From Oopsacas minuta (lineage: Eukaryota; Animalia; Porifera), in NCBI GenBank assembly GCA_024704765.1, contig JAKMXF010000302.1, forward strand, positions 124,001-188,000: DNA of 64,000 nucleotides, given 5' to 3'. The notes beneath the pieces were generated by a model that worked only from the letters and a program-made list of their open reading frames with translations, did no database searches and was not told the origin of the DNA. Shown piece after piece: positions 12,801 through 26,331 of this stretch (the first letter of the stretch is position 1; each line of letters opens with the position of its first letter). Both the position numbers and the translations under genes were made by a program.

Positions 12801-15800
12801 TTAATACCAGATGATTCTACACCAGCTGTTCCAACCAACAGCACTGGTAATACACTCATCACAATATTCTCTTTATGAAATAAAATTTATTCGTATTATT
12901 GTTTAGAAGCAACTGTAGAAGTTGTTGTTGATAAGAAACCTACTTCTAGCGTGATCAAGAAACTCAAGCCTTGTTTCCACGTGATAAGACACTTAGGAAG
13001 TAATCTAACAGATCTATTCACTCATTTAGTTAGATTTGCGTGTAACACTCCTGGCATTAGAAATAAAATCAGCAGAAATGCTAAAGTATTTCTACACGAT
13101 AATTGTGTGGAGATGGTTAAAGTATTGATTGAAATTCTTAAAGATAAACTCTTATGGCAGCCAAATTTCCAAGATTCAAAATACGGAAGAGAGTATGTGC
13201 TATTTATCTTCATATTTAATTAGCCTTCAATTTTTGAATCTTCCTTCTCTTTTAGTATCTTGCATTTGGTAAAATCTTGCCTGATAATATCATCTTCAAA
13301 CTTTTTGTTTGATGAAAGGAAGCAGCCTTACCTCTTAATGCTCTCAGAGTTTGAGAAAGCTGGAGGGTTCCATGTCCTAGTTCAGTAAGTTATGATACAA
13401 ACTTCATATATCAAATCTTAACACAATAATTATTCGCTTTCTAGGATCTATGAACAATCCTTCAATACTCTTACACAGCCTTGTCAAGATGCTAACATGC
13501 TAACCTATCCAATCAGTAAGTAATGATCTTTTATTCCAAATCCATTACAATTATACTTTGTCTTATACTTGTTCTATAGTTTCATGCGATAAGTGGTTGA
13601 GTGCTTGGTTAAACTTTGTAGAGAAATTGTTGAATATAAATCTTGTCCTTCACTCTCAAAACATAATTCTACCGTTCAAGCCTACTCCTTCCGAGGGGCA
13701 GAATCAACCTGTGAAATGCTACCAATTCGAGCCAACTTCCTTTCTTATAAATGCTCAACAGGTAACTGTATTGAATTACCATTACCATACTCAATGTATT
13801 CAACATTGTTAATAAATACGCTGAGTTAGGTGTTTATTGAGCCGTTAAAAGCCTCTTGGAAGCTTCTGAACAATCTCAACTGCTCAGGGAGTCTAGCTCT
13901 GCTAGAGCCTCACCTCACCATATTGTGTGGTATAATTCAGGGAGAGAATGTACTCAGAGAAAGGTTAGAGATGATAAGCAAGAAGACTCCTGCACCAGCT
14001 CCAGTACCTGAAGTGTTTACTCCTAATGCACTACATGTTGAGAGAGTAAGATTATTTGCAATAAATATAGCAGTACTTAACAATCTCTTATTTAGCTAAC
14101 AGAGATGGGTTTCACTTCACAGCATGCAGGCAAAGCTCTAGAATCTTGTAACAATAATATAGCTCAAGCTCTAGACTGGATAATGACCCATCCTGCAGAA
14201 GTAAGAGATACAAATCTGTTTATACAGTTTACTGCATTTTATTCACAAACATTTATAGGTAGTGATGGAGGGATTGACTGAAGATGATCAAGTAGCGAAG
14301 GCAATAGCTCTCTCTCTAGACGGACAGCCTAAAGTAATTAATTGTAAGATATTAATATGTGAATAAATATATTATTTGTTATTAATTTGTAAGGAAGAAC
14401 CACAAGCAACTTCACCCCCCGAGCTACTCAATTTACGTGATGATCCAGAATTTATAGATGATGTCATCTCTTGCTGTGCTCACCTTCTCAAGAAGATACC
14501 ACAAGCTGTCTACCGTATAGTCCCGCTATTTACTGTGATAACGGTTAATTGGGGTCCTAGCTACATCGAGCCTTCTCTACACCTCATATTCAAGGAATTT
14601 TACGAGACAGCTACCCTGTTACAAGAATCACCGCTTAACTCGCCTATATATCAGCATCTCTATTCTTTAGTTCTCTTGCTGATATTTCTATTCGAGGTAA
14701 CTTTCTGTAAATCTCACTGAATATTGTATTGCTTATTATAAACTCTATTCTGTAGAATCTCACGTATAATACACTTACCTGCACTAGTGGCTCTCCTATA
14801 CAGGATCACTGTATTAATCTGTTTGGCTTAGCTGTTCAGCAGTTACAGAATGACTCAACTACCATCATAGAGTAACTATTTACCTTATTCTTATATAATC
14901 TTTGCTAATACATATAAATTATCTGGACTCATTTGGACCTGTCAAAAACCTCTGGAAAATCGAGGCTGCACTGTATACCGATTTATATTTTCTTATTAGA
15001 TGGCTCTCACCTTTGATTCTATTCATTGACCTGCTAGAGAAACATTCTCAGATTATTATACACCGGCAACCTAGACCTAAGGAACTCTTCTATTGGTCCT
15101 GGATGAATACTGGGCGCTGGACCAACTTCCTACCGGCCAATAGTAAACTCATTAATAAGGCTTTTTCTGAGGGAGCATCTTCTGTTACGTAAGTTTGCCT
15201 TATTTTGCTCCATACCTAACAAGGCATTACTAATTCTTTTCCTATAGCGTTCCTCTGGAGAAGAATAATCGGTATATTATCAGCTTTGATAACATGACAA
15301 TGGTGAGGCAGGTATTACGTATTGTACGCAAACTTTGTAATAGTAGTAAAGTTTGGATACTTGTATATTAACTGTTTACTGCTTTTGAGCCAGATAGAAT
15401 TACCAGATTCATTTCTTGGTAGTCTTATAGTCTTCTGAAATAATAATTCTGTTTTAGTTATTTGTGTGGCATAGTAGGCTATGTTTGTGATAATTTTAAG
15501 AAAATGTTAGATATTTCGTCGCCTCTAAAAGGAATGTAACTTTTTTATTAAATATTTTTATGCACTGATGTCCGAGAGGTTAAGGAGTTGGACTCGAAAT
15601 CCAATGGGCTCTGCCCGCGCAGGTTCGAATCCTGCTCAGTGCGTGCTTTTTGCAAATTTATAAGAATATTTTGTCGGCCATTTGTGAAATACAAGAACTC
15701 TTACTCTAACAACCAAATGAGTTGCAGCAATTAGTTCATAACTTTATATATAATTGATTTAGAGAGGGTTAGAACCTCATGCACAAAGTATACCAATACG

Positions 15801-18800
15801 ATACTCCAAGATACCAGATGCACCCAAACAGGACAGTCCTGCTCCCACATCTAGTGACAGTGAAGCAGAGGTTGTTTCTAAAGTTGTACCAGCGTCTCGT
15901 AAGTTATACACTATAATCCTTGCTGTAAAACTTCCTATTCATCCAGTTATCTTAGATGGAGATCATATGAGAGATCTAGCATCTGCTTTAGCATTGAATT
16001 ATGATCAGAAAGTTAGAATAATTACGTACGTTGTAAAATGCTGTATTTTATAAGCGAATTTATGAATTGTTATATGTATTTTGAATTACAGATCATGCGC
16101 TACTATTCTTCAATTCGTGAAGAACACATCTCTATTACAAGCAGTGCTTCAGCTCTCCATCAGACTCACCAGAGACTATCGTATGGCTCTAATATTCGGA
16201 GAGTGTAAGGGTTATATCCACTTATTCAGTTTCAAGAAAGACATGATCTTCTCAGGCTTCCAAGCTCTAACCTCTATTCTCATAAGACATTTGTTTGAAT
16301 CAGAGAATGCACTACGATACATGATGGAGAGTGCTATCCGTATAGCTCATCACTGTCCATCCCCTAATATGAGCGGTATGCCTTATAGGATGGGTAGGAG
16401 GAGTAGAAATACTAAAGATTTGGACGCTCTCTTCCGCTCCATCGGTCCTATTTATAATAAACATCCTGAAGTATTTATGGAGATTGCTAAAGAGGTGTTT
16501 AGACTAGATGATTCACCTCATCAGCAGCTCTTTACTCAAGAACCAAGGAAGTTAGAAATTGTAAAACTCCTTCCTCGTAAAAAGCCATTCACTACCCTAG
16601 ACAATGAAAATCAAGAGGCTTTTATACGAGATCTATTAGAATTACTTTATCATGGAAATGATCCAGCTGATTCAAGCACAGCTACCAACCCTCTGCTCTT
16701 AGGAAACTCTCTTCCATTCGACCCTCTGTTTCCAACAAGCTCAAACATGATTCGCCTAGCTAGGAATAGATTTAACCCCTTTGATCGTCTGCATGGTAAT
16801 TTTCTCAGAGGAGACCCGCTCAGGTATTTATCTAATTGACTAAAATACATGTATGATCAATATATCGTAAATATCCTGTAGATCTTTCCAACTACAAGTA
16901 AATAACATGATGGATATGGTAGATGAGGATATGGATATTGATGAGTTATCAGATATGCAACCTCTCTCCTTCCAAATGCCTTCTCCTCTCTCTACAGCTA
17001 AGGTTAATCCTAGCGAGCAGGCTATAGTCAGTAAATCAGGCATACTACGTCTATTAGCAGAACTAGTGACTAGTTATCCCATGTGTGCTAACTTTATCTG
17101 TCAGGAGAAGCTACCACGTAATGGGGTATGTATTTCTAATATTTATTGTTGTTGTTCTTTATGTTAATATGTTAAATTACAGGAAACAACAGCACTTACT
17201 TATATTTTGGATAATCTAATTCATGAGTCAAAAGTCGCAAAATCCTTCCTCCGCACGATTGGTGGTCTTGTTACTTCTAATTTTCCAGATGTTCAGATCC
17301 TATTAGTCACTGAGTTGAAGCAAGCTATCTTACGAGTTTCACAACTGCCAGAATGTCAATTGAAACATATAAAGCTCAGAGCACTACTGGGATTGATCAA
17401 TACATTCCTTGTTGTGCCAGGGAAAGGATACACACTCAATATAGCTAAGAGTATGGTGAAAAGGAATTTTGCTTCTGACTTAGCTAAAGTATTCCACAGT
17501 CTGGATCTAAACAGTCCAGATCTCCCTGAGACTGCTAACAATATTATCAGGACTATAGAGGCATTGACCAAGTTGTTGTATAATACTCCTGGTCACCAGA
17601 ATCAGGTCAAGAAAGTAAACAAAACAACAACAGATACCTCGGTATATACCACATAATTAGTTTTATTTATTTATAACAACAAATATTTGTTGTTAGTATG
17701 TTTAGAGAGGAGATCAAACAGCTGGGGTGGAAGCAAACGCTGATGCACAGCCTACAACATCTAACGGAGATCAAGCAAGTAACAGTGATCCTATAGAGCT
17801 AGCTGACACTGCAAACGGTAAGTAATTAATAATAGAAATGCTATAAACAATAGTTATTATACTGTTGTAATAGCTTCAGGGGATGCCACACTCATAGAAC
17901 ACAGTATGGAAGACCCTTCTTATAACGAGATGATGATGATAGAGCTCTCAAATATAATCAAGGCTGATGACCAGGAGAATGAAGGTAACATTCAATGATA
18001 TATTAATACACATCTTCTCTGTGTTTATATAGTAATGTATTGCAGACATTTACTTGTCTGCTACAGGTGGTGATGATGCTGGAACAGATTCTGATTCTAC
18101 TTCATCAGATCGTACAGGTGACACTGAGACCGATGAGAGTATGGATGGCACAGAGGAGCTGAGAGAAGACCCTGATAATTGTAACTCAGCTGGAGAGGAG
18201 CTGGATAATTATGATTGCTTGGATGAACCTGTAGTGGGGGAGCATTTGGATTCAAATGACGTCAGAGTAGTGATCTCACTAGGTGCTTCCCAGAACATTG
18301 GAGCTGGTGATCTCCAGCACTCTTCAATAGAAGACGATGACACCTCTATAGATCTTAATGTAACCTCTCCACACGACATAACCGAAGACCCTGACAACAC
18401 AGTAGCAGATGATCTTGATAATGATGGTATGATAAATTGTTCTGTATATTAAAAGATATACTTCTATTTATTCTTTATCCAGTAGATGATCAGCCTCCAT
18501 CAGATGTTCTGTTAGGATCAAGTAGCTCTAATGACGAGCATGAGATCCCTGATGACGTAGAGATAGAGTCAGACGTCTCACAAGACAGTGATGCTGAGAC
18601 AGAGGAGATGAGTGAGGTTGTTACTATCATGGGACAATCTTATGATTACGATTCATCAGCTGATTTAGAAGATCTCGATTTACAAGGTAACAACAAATAA
18701 TTCTTATTTTAAGATATTGGTTAATTGTTCTTCTTGTAGACGATTTATTTCCTATACTCAGAAGAGAATATTCTATCAACAGGAATCTGTTCAGGGAATC

Positions 18801-21800
18801 TATGTTCCCCGGTATGCAACGACCTCACAATACTAACCGTATTCCTGCTCACCCTCTCCTCAACCGTCAAACTAATCGACCTCACCAACCATCACCTCAC
18901 CAGCCTCCTCCTACACAACAATCTTCCTTATCTCTCCGGGTATCTGATCCTCAGAGCGTGTTACAGCTAGTATCCTCAATTAGGAGTGCTGCCCTCCCAG
19001 AACCTGGAGCACGTCCTCTTCCAGGTCAATGGAGACGACTTGTACTAGAACAGGATCAGCTGGTGTTTGAAGAGGACCCCTTATTACACAAGGAGCACAA
19101 CATAGAGTCACAAGATAATGAAGATGAAGGCTTTATCCCCATGTGCAATCTAAGGATACATCAGGAAGATGGAATACTTGGAAGTTGTTATAGCTTCCAA
19201 AGTATTAAAAAGGCTCAAGAAGAAATAGCTGTATTCCTCAGGGAAGAAAATGAAAAAGAAAAGAACAAAAAACAAGAAACAAAAGACTCTACAAAATTAT
19301 CAAAAGAAGAATTAATGAAGGATATACTAGACAAATTCGAGAAGGATCCATTAACTCTACCCACTACTATATCTCCTCCTCCTCTTCCTCTTCCTTTACC
19401 TGAAGCTCTGCTTTTAAGTAATATAAGTATTCCATCTCCCTCTGAACAGCTACCAGCTTCTAATTTATTGGAGCCTTCTGCTGATCAACCTAGTCTTCCT
19501 ACACAGTTCCCAACAGACTCACCTCTCTTATTCAACCAATTTGATGGGTCTCAGCTCTCAGCTAGACAGACACTACAACAGATAGACTCTAATCATCCTC
19601 TGTACACCTTCTTTTCAGCCGTAGCAGGACATCCACCTCCTCCTAACCCCCTCATCCCTAACTCATCCTCTACAACAGTCAGTGCTACTTCTCTACCAGC
19701 TGATACATCTACTGTACAACTCACAGCTCCTCCCACCGTTACAACCATCGATAGACCCCGAGAAGGTCCAGCTGGAGACACTTCACATGTCCCTCCTGAC
19801 ACAAATCTCCCTCTAAGCCAGCCTCTTTCTATCCCAATGCATAACGTATCTGATACAGCTGCTACTCCCGAGCAATCAGCTGCTAATATATTCACACCGA
19901 TAACTCCTATCTATCCTTATCAGGAACTTCCTGGTTCTACTCCCCCTGTAACCTCAGAAGCTCCCACTACTTCAGAGGAACCTGTTTCAGATACAAACTC
20001 ACAAACAGGACAGGAAAACGTTGTTCCTCCTCCTCCAGCTCCATCAGGACCAACCTTGTTGCCAAGCATAGGTACTATAAACGTATATTTCATATAATCT
20101 TGTTTCTAATGTTAACTCTTGTATCTTATAGATCCTGATTTCCTAGCTGCTATACCTGAGACGTTACGTGTAGAAATAATCCGAGAGGAACAAGAACTAC
20201 GGACTGTATTGAGAGACAGAACACCAACTGCTCCTAACGCTCCAGGCAGACAGAGACACGAACTAGATCATGTACACGGGGAAATATCCACTGAGGTTCT
20301 GGCTGAGATGCCAGCTGATATACAAGATGAAGTATGTTCATTATTGTTGTGTTTATTTATTTGTTTATCCTATTGTCCTGTATAGATCATTTCACAAAGA
20401 CGTATTGAACAACAGAGACAGAATCTGGTAACATCAGATGATCCTTGTTCCTTCCTTAACACACTCCCCAGTGCTCTACGACAGACTGTACTCAACGAGA
20501 TGGATGAAGAGACATTCGGGAACTTACCATCTGATGTACAGGAGGAGGCTACACATAGACACAGGCCTCGACAAAGGGATTATGCTCAAATGTTTGAAAG
20601 CAGACAAATGCTAGCTGATCCATTGCAACAGTATGACTTGCTATCTATTCCATCTCCTAGCTTCTATCTGAGACGGTTTGAAGCTCATAACATCATTCCA
20701 CCTTACGCAATGCGTAGACGTGGAATGCTTGACTTCTCTCCACTCGCTTCAGATCCTACGAATAAACCGCCTCTAGATTTCGAGGCTCTAACCTGCCTAT
20801 TGAGTGTTCTATTTCTTGATACTTCTAAGATTCAGAGACAGAAATATAATCAACTGATACGATTGTTATGTGGACACAAGGAGACTAGGAACTGGATTCT
20901 GTCTATCCTAACCTACTTCCTTGCTGATATCAATAAAATTACCATTCCTGATTGCTCCATACAAACAGCACCTCCTATTGTTATACAGATAAACCAGTCT
21001 AATACTGGTCAATACACAATAAAGGAGGAACCAATGCTAGAGGATCAGCACAAAACTCTGGACTGTATTTCTATTACTCCTCAGCCTAAGAAGAAATCTA
21101 CTTCTTGGATGAGTATAACACAAACCTGTGGGAGTGGTCTTCAGAATATCCTCCAGCTAGAAACACCTTCTGGCAAGGGATCTAAACCAGCTCAGCTTCA
21201 TCTACACACTCAAGCCCAGAATACTCTTAACAACAATATATTGGATGCTTTCTTACAGTTATTCGTACAAACAAGCTTAATGAGTATTGGTAACCAAAAG
21301 GGAAGGGAGACCCCGTCTATGATGAGTAAGTATTTTCTAGAACCTACAACCTCCGCCCTCCTAATGCACTCTAAATTCTGGGAATGTCTCATAAAGCTAG
21401 AGAGCTCACATGTTAACTCTAAGGGTAAAGCAAGCAATAGAAGCCATATGATGTTACCTAATTTAGAAGAGAATTCTAATGGCCCTCCCCTCGTACATGT
21501 GATTATAAATCTTCTCGAATGTGAACACATTCGTAGTAACCAACCTCTCTTAGACAAGTTTATCAAACTTCTCTGGAACATTTGTCAAAACCTAAAACCT
21601 CCCTCTCCTACCAAACTCCCTTCCATCCCTGCTCCAGCAGACCTACCCTCAGAAGTTACTAACGTAGTAGTACCTAACTTAGATAACCAGCCTCAAATTC
21701 CACCAATTGGTTCTGCTACCATTGCCCAGTTGGTAGTCCCATATCAATCAGCTGATACAAACACCAAGAAGGAGGAAGTAACTGCCAAGAAACAAGAAAT

Positions 21801-24800
21801 GTTATTCAGTGATGAAGAAGTGAATTTAGTGATTGGATTACTGAGCTGTAAATCTTGTGATGACCAGAGTCTGAATAATGTCAACCAATTGGTGATGAAA
21901 CTAGCTAAATACCACCGTTCTATAATGAAGCACATATACTCAACTCTAGTAACAAAATGTAAGGAGGTTGGCTTATATCTGCAAACAGAACTGCAAGCTT
22001 TGAAGGATGAACTGGTATCATATAATGCAGCTAATCCGATTAGCTCTGAAGAAGCTAAACAGAAAGCCAACAAGAATCCAATCTCTTTCTACACACTAGA
22101 CCAGCAGAAGATCTCCAAAGCCTACCGACCTGATCTCCACCTCCCCTCTATGTCTCCCTTCCTCTCTAAAGCATCTAACGTGTCTCTATTCCTACGTATG
22201 CTCAAGATACTCCAGATGTTAAAGAAGGAAATACAGATGCTAGCTCTAGGAGAAGATTCCCCCTTCTTTGACTGGGATAACGGATTCGATATGCCTCCAC
22301 AGCATAGCGAGTTCAGGGATAGACTGAGAAGAGATATGAGGACACATGTTCAAGAATTGACAGAGCGAAGTGACCAAGTTACCGAGCAAATACAAGGCTA
22401 CATGCAAGTGCTTAATGAGGATCCAGATTCATTTGATGAGAATGCTTTGAGTCTGAGAACTGAAGCTATCCGTCATGTCATGCTTAGGAGACAAGAAGAG
22501 AGAGGCGTACCGAGTAGTTCCAGAGGGAAGAGAGACCCTGCTGTAGGTTAACCTATTATACGTACAGCTATTTATTTTCTACTTTTAATTGTATTGTTTC
22601 TTAGGATCAGATTCGTTCTACTCCCTTGATAAAGAACAAGGACAGTTATAGATTGAGTCAGGTCTTGAGCTTGCCTAGTCTATGGGCATTATTAGAAGAT
22701 TGTCTGGAGGCACTAGCTATGTCGTGTCATGATCATGCTGTGCTTGTAATGCAGAATATGGTAGAATGTTTCTTCATTGTACATGCTGGGGACAGAGATG
22801 ACAGGGTAAGAATATGATTAGCTAGAAATAGGAGAATATATTTATTTATTATTAACCTTGCGTTTAGCTTGTTGAAGAACCAGACGATACGGACATGGTG
22901 CTGTCTCGTTACGACAGAGAAGGATCTCTTGCTTCTCTCTCCGATCTTCCAACAGAATCTTCTCAAACTCCTGCCAGTCCTAGTCGTAGTGTGTCAAGTT
23001 TGTCTCTAAAGGATGATCTTGATATGGCTAAGTTCTTACAGTTTGCAGGTTTGTAAATGATATTAAATTGAATAATATTTGCAACATAAATTTATCGGGG
23101 ATATTATAGATTGCCATCGAGTCGTGTTAAACCAAATTCTCCGTCAGACAACTACTCCTCTTAGCTCTGGAACTTTTTCTATTCTCATTGACCACACCCG
23201 GCTGTTGGACTTTGATGTTAAGAGGGAGTACTTCCGTCAAGAGCTGGAGGCAACAAGCTCTCACTCCAGGAGAGAAGACATGATAATGCAGATTAATAGG
23301 AAAACAGTGTTTGAGGATTCGTTTAGACAGCTCAGTCGTAAATCACCGGAAGAGATGAAGAACAAACTCTACGTCATCTTCAAAGATGAAGATGGACAGG
23401 ATGCTGGAGGGCTGCTTAGAGAATGGTATCTGATTGTTTCTCGCGAAATATTCAATCCTGACTACGCTCTGTTCACAACAACACCTGGTGATAAAGTGAC
23501 ATATGTTCCGAACAGCTGTTCGTATGTTAACCATGAACATTTGGATTATTTTAAGTTTGTAGGTCGTTTGATTGCTAAGGCTATTTACGATAACAAACTA
23601 CTTGACTGTTACTTTGGTCGTTCTTTCTACAAACATATTCTGAGTAAGCCAGTGCAGTACACAGATTTAGAATCAGAGGACTATGGATTCTATAAGAGCA
23701 TGTTATTCCTCATGGAGCATAATCTCAATGAGATCGGTTGTGAATTCACATTCAGTACAGAGGTAAGCTACTTATCTCTCATTTTATTAATTAACTGCCT
23801 TACCTATATTAACTCACTTATTCCCTTATTTCATATGCTTATTTTCAACATATACTACTCTATTATAATTAGCTATAACCAAATGGGATTTCTAGAGTGT
23901 ATCTTCAGCCCGAATTTATATTTCATCTACAAATCAAGTGGATTTGTAACCTACTCTCCAAACTTTATGGAATCAATCCCTAATGTTATCCTTAAAGCTG
24001 GATACTTTGTAATTAACATAGCTTGGTACCTCTCTCCTATCATACTTTATAATTACTATAAACATTCTGAAAATTTCTTCACTTTGTCTACCTTACAAAC
24101 CAGTGCTAAGCTATTCACTCTCTCAGCTGTTTTGTTAAGTCCACTTTACCTCACACGGGGGTTAGGACGTTATATGAGTCCTGAGTATCAGGAATTTTTG
24201 AGAACTCTCGAAAGGGACAGTGAAGAACCTCACACTAGCAACTACCAATCTTTGAAAAAATACGATTTTGATATTCATAAAATCCCTCCAGCATTTTATC
24301 AATCAAAATCTAGAGTAATTCCAATCACTCCCTTACCCCCTCTTGCTCAGAAATATTCCACTATAATTAGATATTCGTTTCTATACGGATTTATTCTGGA
24401 CTTATGGCACTATTTGATAGCACACTCAGTCGGCAGGGCAGCTATATACCCAGGGTCTCTGTCTATTGTAAACTCTATCGTTGGTATTGACTGTGCTATA
24501 GGTAGACACAAGCTGTTAGTACAGCACCATGGATTGAGAGCTAAGCTCAAATGCAACTCTGGACATACAGTTGATACGATTTACGTTAAGCTTAACGAAT
24601 CAATGTATTCTGATACCCTTGTTATATGTTGCGAGGGGAATGCAGCGTTCATGGAGAGTGCATCTACCCACCATTTCATAGGACGTGGTTACTCAATATT
24701 AGGTTGGAATCATCCAGGATTCCAACACAGTACTGGCATGCCTTACCCAGCTATGGATCAAGAAGCAGTTGTATCTGTTATCCAGTATGCTATAGAGGAG

Positions 24801-26331
24801 CTCCATTATCCTATAGAATCTATAATGCTATACGGATGGTCTATAGGAGGATACTCTGCTGCTTATGCTGCTGCTTGCTTTCCTAAGTTAAAGGGTATTA
24901 TACTAGATGCATCTTTTGATGATATTGTTCCTCTAGCAGAGTGTAAAATGCCTGATTTGTTAAAGTTCTCAACCGTTGAAGTGCTGAACAATTATTTTAA
25001 CCTTAAACCACACGTGTATCTATCTCAATATCCAGGACCTGTTACTCTTATACGACGTACAAAGGATGATATTATTACTACAGATGTGAATAACAGAGCT
25101 GTTACAAACCGTGGGAATGATCTACTTATGTGCTTGCTTAAGACAAGATACCCCTTCCTCTTTAATCAAAAGGAGTGTTATGATGAAGTTCTACGCTGGT
25201 TACATGTATCAGATGGTGAGCGTATTAATCTTGAGTCACGTGTCAATCGTTCACGGATGGTTTCCCTCATAAACGAATTCTCAGAGACAGACTCACTGGC
25301 AGTTCCTTGTAACATAGGAGGAGCTCTCTCCCCTCAAGATCAGAGAACCTTAGCTATGTTCTTAGCCATGCAGTACATGAAACATTTCACCAGTACCCAT
25401 AACACCCCTGTATTAATTAATCTGCTCGATCCTCCTAAGCCTGTGCCCTATAACATATAACTCTTTGGTGCAGAAGATAGGCTATTTTATTCGTTTGTTA
25501 TTATGGATGATTAATCGTCTTAGGCTATTTAGAAATAGAAATAATATATGAAATGAGATCTTATTGTTATTTACTACTTATAGGTGTGAATTTTATTATT
25601 ATAGTTGTTTACTGAACCTTCTTTATAGATCGATGAGTTTGGGAAGATGGAAATTAAAGACTTGGTGAAGAACGGGCGTGACTTGCCTGTTACTGAGGAG
25701 AACAAGAAGGACTATGTACGTCTTGTTTGTCAGATGAAAATGACAGGAGCTATACACAAACAGATAAAGAGCTTTCTGGAAGGTTTCTACGAGATTATTC
25801 CTAAGAAATTAATCTCTATCTTCAATGAGCAAGAGCTAGAGCTGTTGATATCAGGACTACCTAATATTGATATTGACGATCTTAAGGCTAATACAGAATA
25901 CTACAAATATAATGAGACTTCTATACAGGTGAGTTATCATGTATTTAAAGGTGAAAATATGTTTAATAAAATTTATTAGATTCAATGGTTCTGGAGAGCT
26001 CTCCGCTCATTCGAACAAGCAGATCGAGCCAAATTCCTCCAGTTCGTGACTGGTACCTCTAAAGTCCCTCTTCGAGGGTTTGCATACCTTGAAGGGATGA
26101 ATGGGAGTCAGAAATTCCAGATTCACAAAGATGAACGATCAGACATGCGACTACCTTCAGCTCACACTTGGTAAGTTATTAATATAATACCAATACTATA
26201 CTAGCTCTTATACCAAAATTCCCTCTAGTTTCAACCAGTTGGATCTCCCTGCTTACAGCTGTTATGAAGACCTGAGATCTAACCTGCTATACGCCTCTCA
26301 AGAGTGTCCTGAAGGATTTGGTCTAGCCTAG
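6804..26331 (+). CDS. HUWE1: HUWE1/Tom1 HECT E3 ubiquitin ligase, dozens of exons
   Basis: N-terminus [15 protein letters not shown]|[14 protein letters not shown]...TWNFGK|[20 protein letters not shown] and WWE-like segments are present. The HECT domain has [12 protein letters not shown] and LPSAHTC|FNQLDLPAY...EGFGLA-TAG at 26329-26331. The exact exon chain was not fully traced. Confidence 0.95.
9874..11427 (-). CDS. GATB: Mitochondrial glutamyl-tRNA(Gln) amidotransferase subunit B, intronless, nested antisense in HUWE1 intron 9849-11514
   Basis: [46 protein letters not shown] and [11 protein letters not shown]. The N-terminus is Arg-rich and lacks acidic residues, like a mitochondrial presequence. 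Confidence 0.95.
   Translation of the reverse strand: MIKFTRIVNVRRIVRGFSTNQWSSKIGLEIHAQIKSNTKLFSVATNSSDKPPNTCADLLDIALPGVLPQLNKTCVEYGLLTAIAMECKVNAVSYFDRKHYFYPDLPAGYQITQQRVPLAENGKINIRTQTLVESSSRECFEVRINRLQLEQDSAKILIGDSNTTLLDYNRAGVGLMEIVTAPDMCTGQEAASFIKELLLLLKTLQVCDCKMEDGSFRVDANVSVHKDGKPAPRVEVKNISGTKFINKAISYEINRQTQMYKRGEKVHEETRMFDNKRSITYPTREKGGGSDYRYIPEPDLPPVWVIDSDAIEFHKVSPEQTADCIDLVEVRKLLVELPNEKRARLLQTYDLRTDETENLLMKEELLQYLENATNLEPKISPKVIYQFMSTLVGILAKRNANLQDSRVTYDVLHQLIKLQYLDNRITKKTCIAILTAIENGDDRSIDIIIEEDNLHRIIDTQEIRKLLDTVLEQNQGIVEKFKDRNQLIDIVRGKVLKESKGRGDPAAVHNVVNGYFN
15562..15643 (+). tRNA. tRNA-Ser(CGA), intronic in HUWE1
   Basis: Acceptor stem GCACTGA/TCAGTGC with discriminator G. Anticodon arm TTGGA-CT-CGA-AA-TCCAA, long variable arm GGGC-TCT-GCCC, T arm GCAGG-TTCGAAT-CCTGC. 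Length 82 nt. Confidence 0.95.
15647..15651 (+). terminator. Pol III oligo(T) terminator of tRNA-Ser
   Basis: TTTTT begins 4 nt after the discriminator base. Confidence 0.7.
23883..25460 (+). CDS. ABHD16A: ABHD16A/BAT5-like alpha/beta hydrolase (525 aa), intronless, nested on the same strand in HUWE1 intron 23763-25628
   Basis: [16 protein letters not shown] start, two hydrophobic segments then [35 protein letters not shown], nucleophile motif YGWSIGG and ILDASFDD. The HUWE1 HECT sequence resumes in frame at 25629 ([12 protein letters not shown]). Confidence 0.92.
   Translation: MGFLECIFSPNLYFIYKSSGFVTYSPNFMESIPNVILKAGYFVINIAWYLSPIILYNYYKHSENFFTLSTLQTSAKLFTLSAVLLSPLYLTRGLGRYMSPEYQEFLRTLERDSEEPHTSNYQSLKKYDFDIHKIPPAFYQSKSRVIPITPLPPLAQKYSTIIRYSFLYGFILDLWHYLIAHSVGRAAIYPGSLSIVNSIVGIDCAIGRHKLLVQHHGLRAKLKCNSGHTVDTIYVKLNESMYSDTLVICCEGNAAFMESASTHHFIGRGYSILGWNHPGFQHSTGMPYPAMDQEAVVSVIQYAIEELHYPIESIMLYGWSIGGYSAAYAAACFPKLKGIILDASFDDIVPLAECKMPDLLKFSTVEVLNNYFNLKPHVYLSQYPGPVTLIRRTKDDIITTDVNNRAVTNRGNDLLMCLLKTRYPFLFNQKECYDEVLRWLHVSDGERINLESRVNRSRMVSLINEFSETDSLAVPCNIGGALSPQDQRTLAMFLAMQYMKHFTSTHNTPVLINLLDPPKPVPYNI

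Noticed and set aside
15562-15643. Possible tRNA-Sec, given the nearby selenoprotein and the long variable arm
   Set aside because: The anticodon is CGA, not TCA, and the stems are the standard 7/5 type, so it is an ordinary tRNA-Ser.
23079-25460. The 793-aa ORF as a single annotated gene
   Set aside because: It is a HUWE1 HECT exon, 40 intron codons and ABHD16A. The HECT continues at 25629 through a canonical GT-AG intron. Kept only as a fusion hypothesis.
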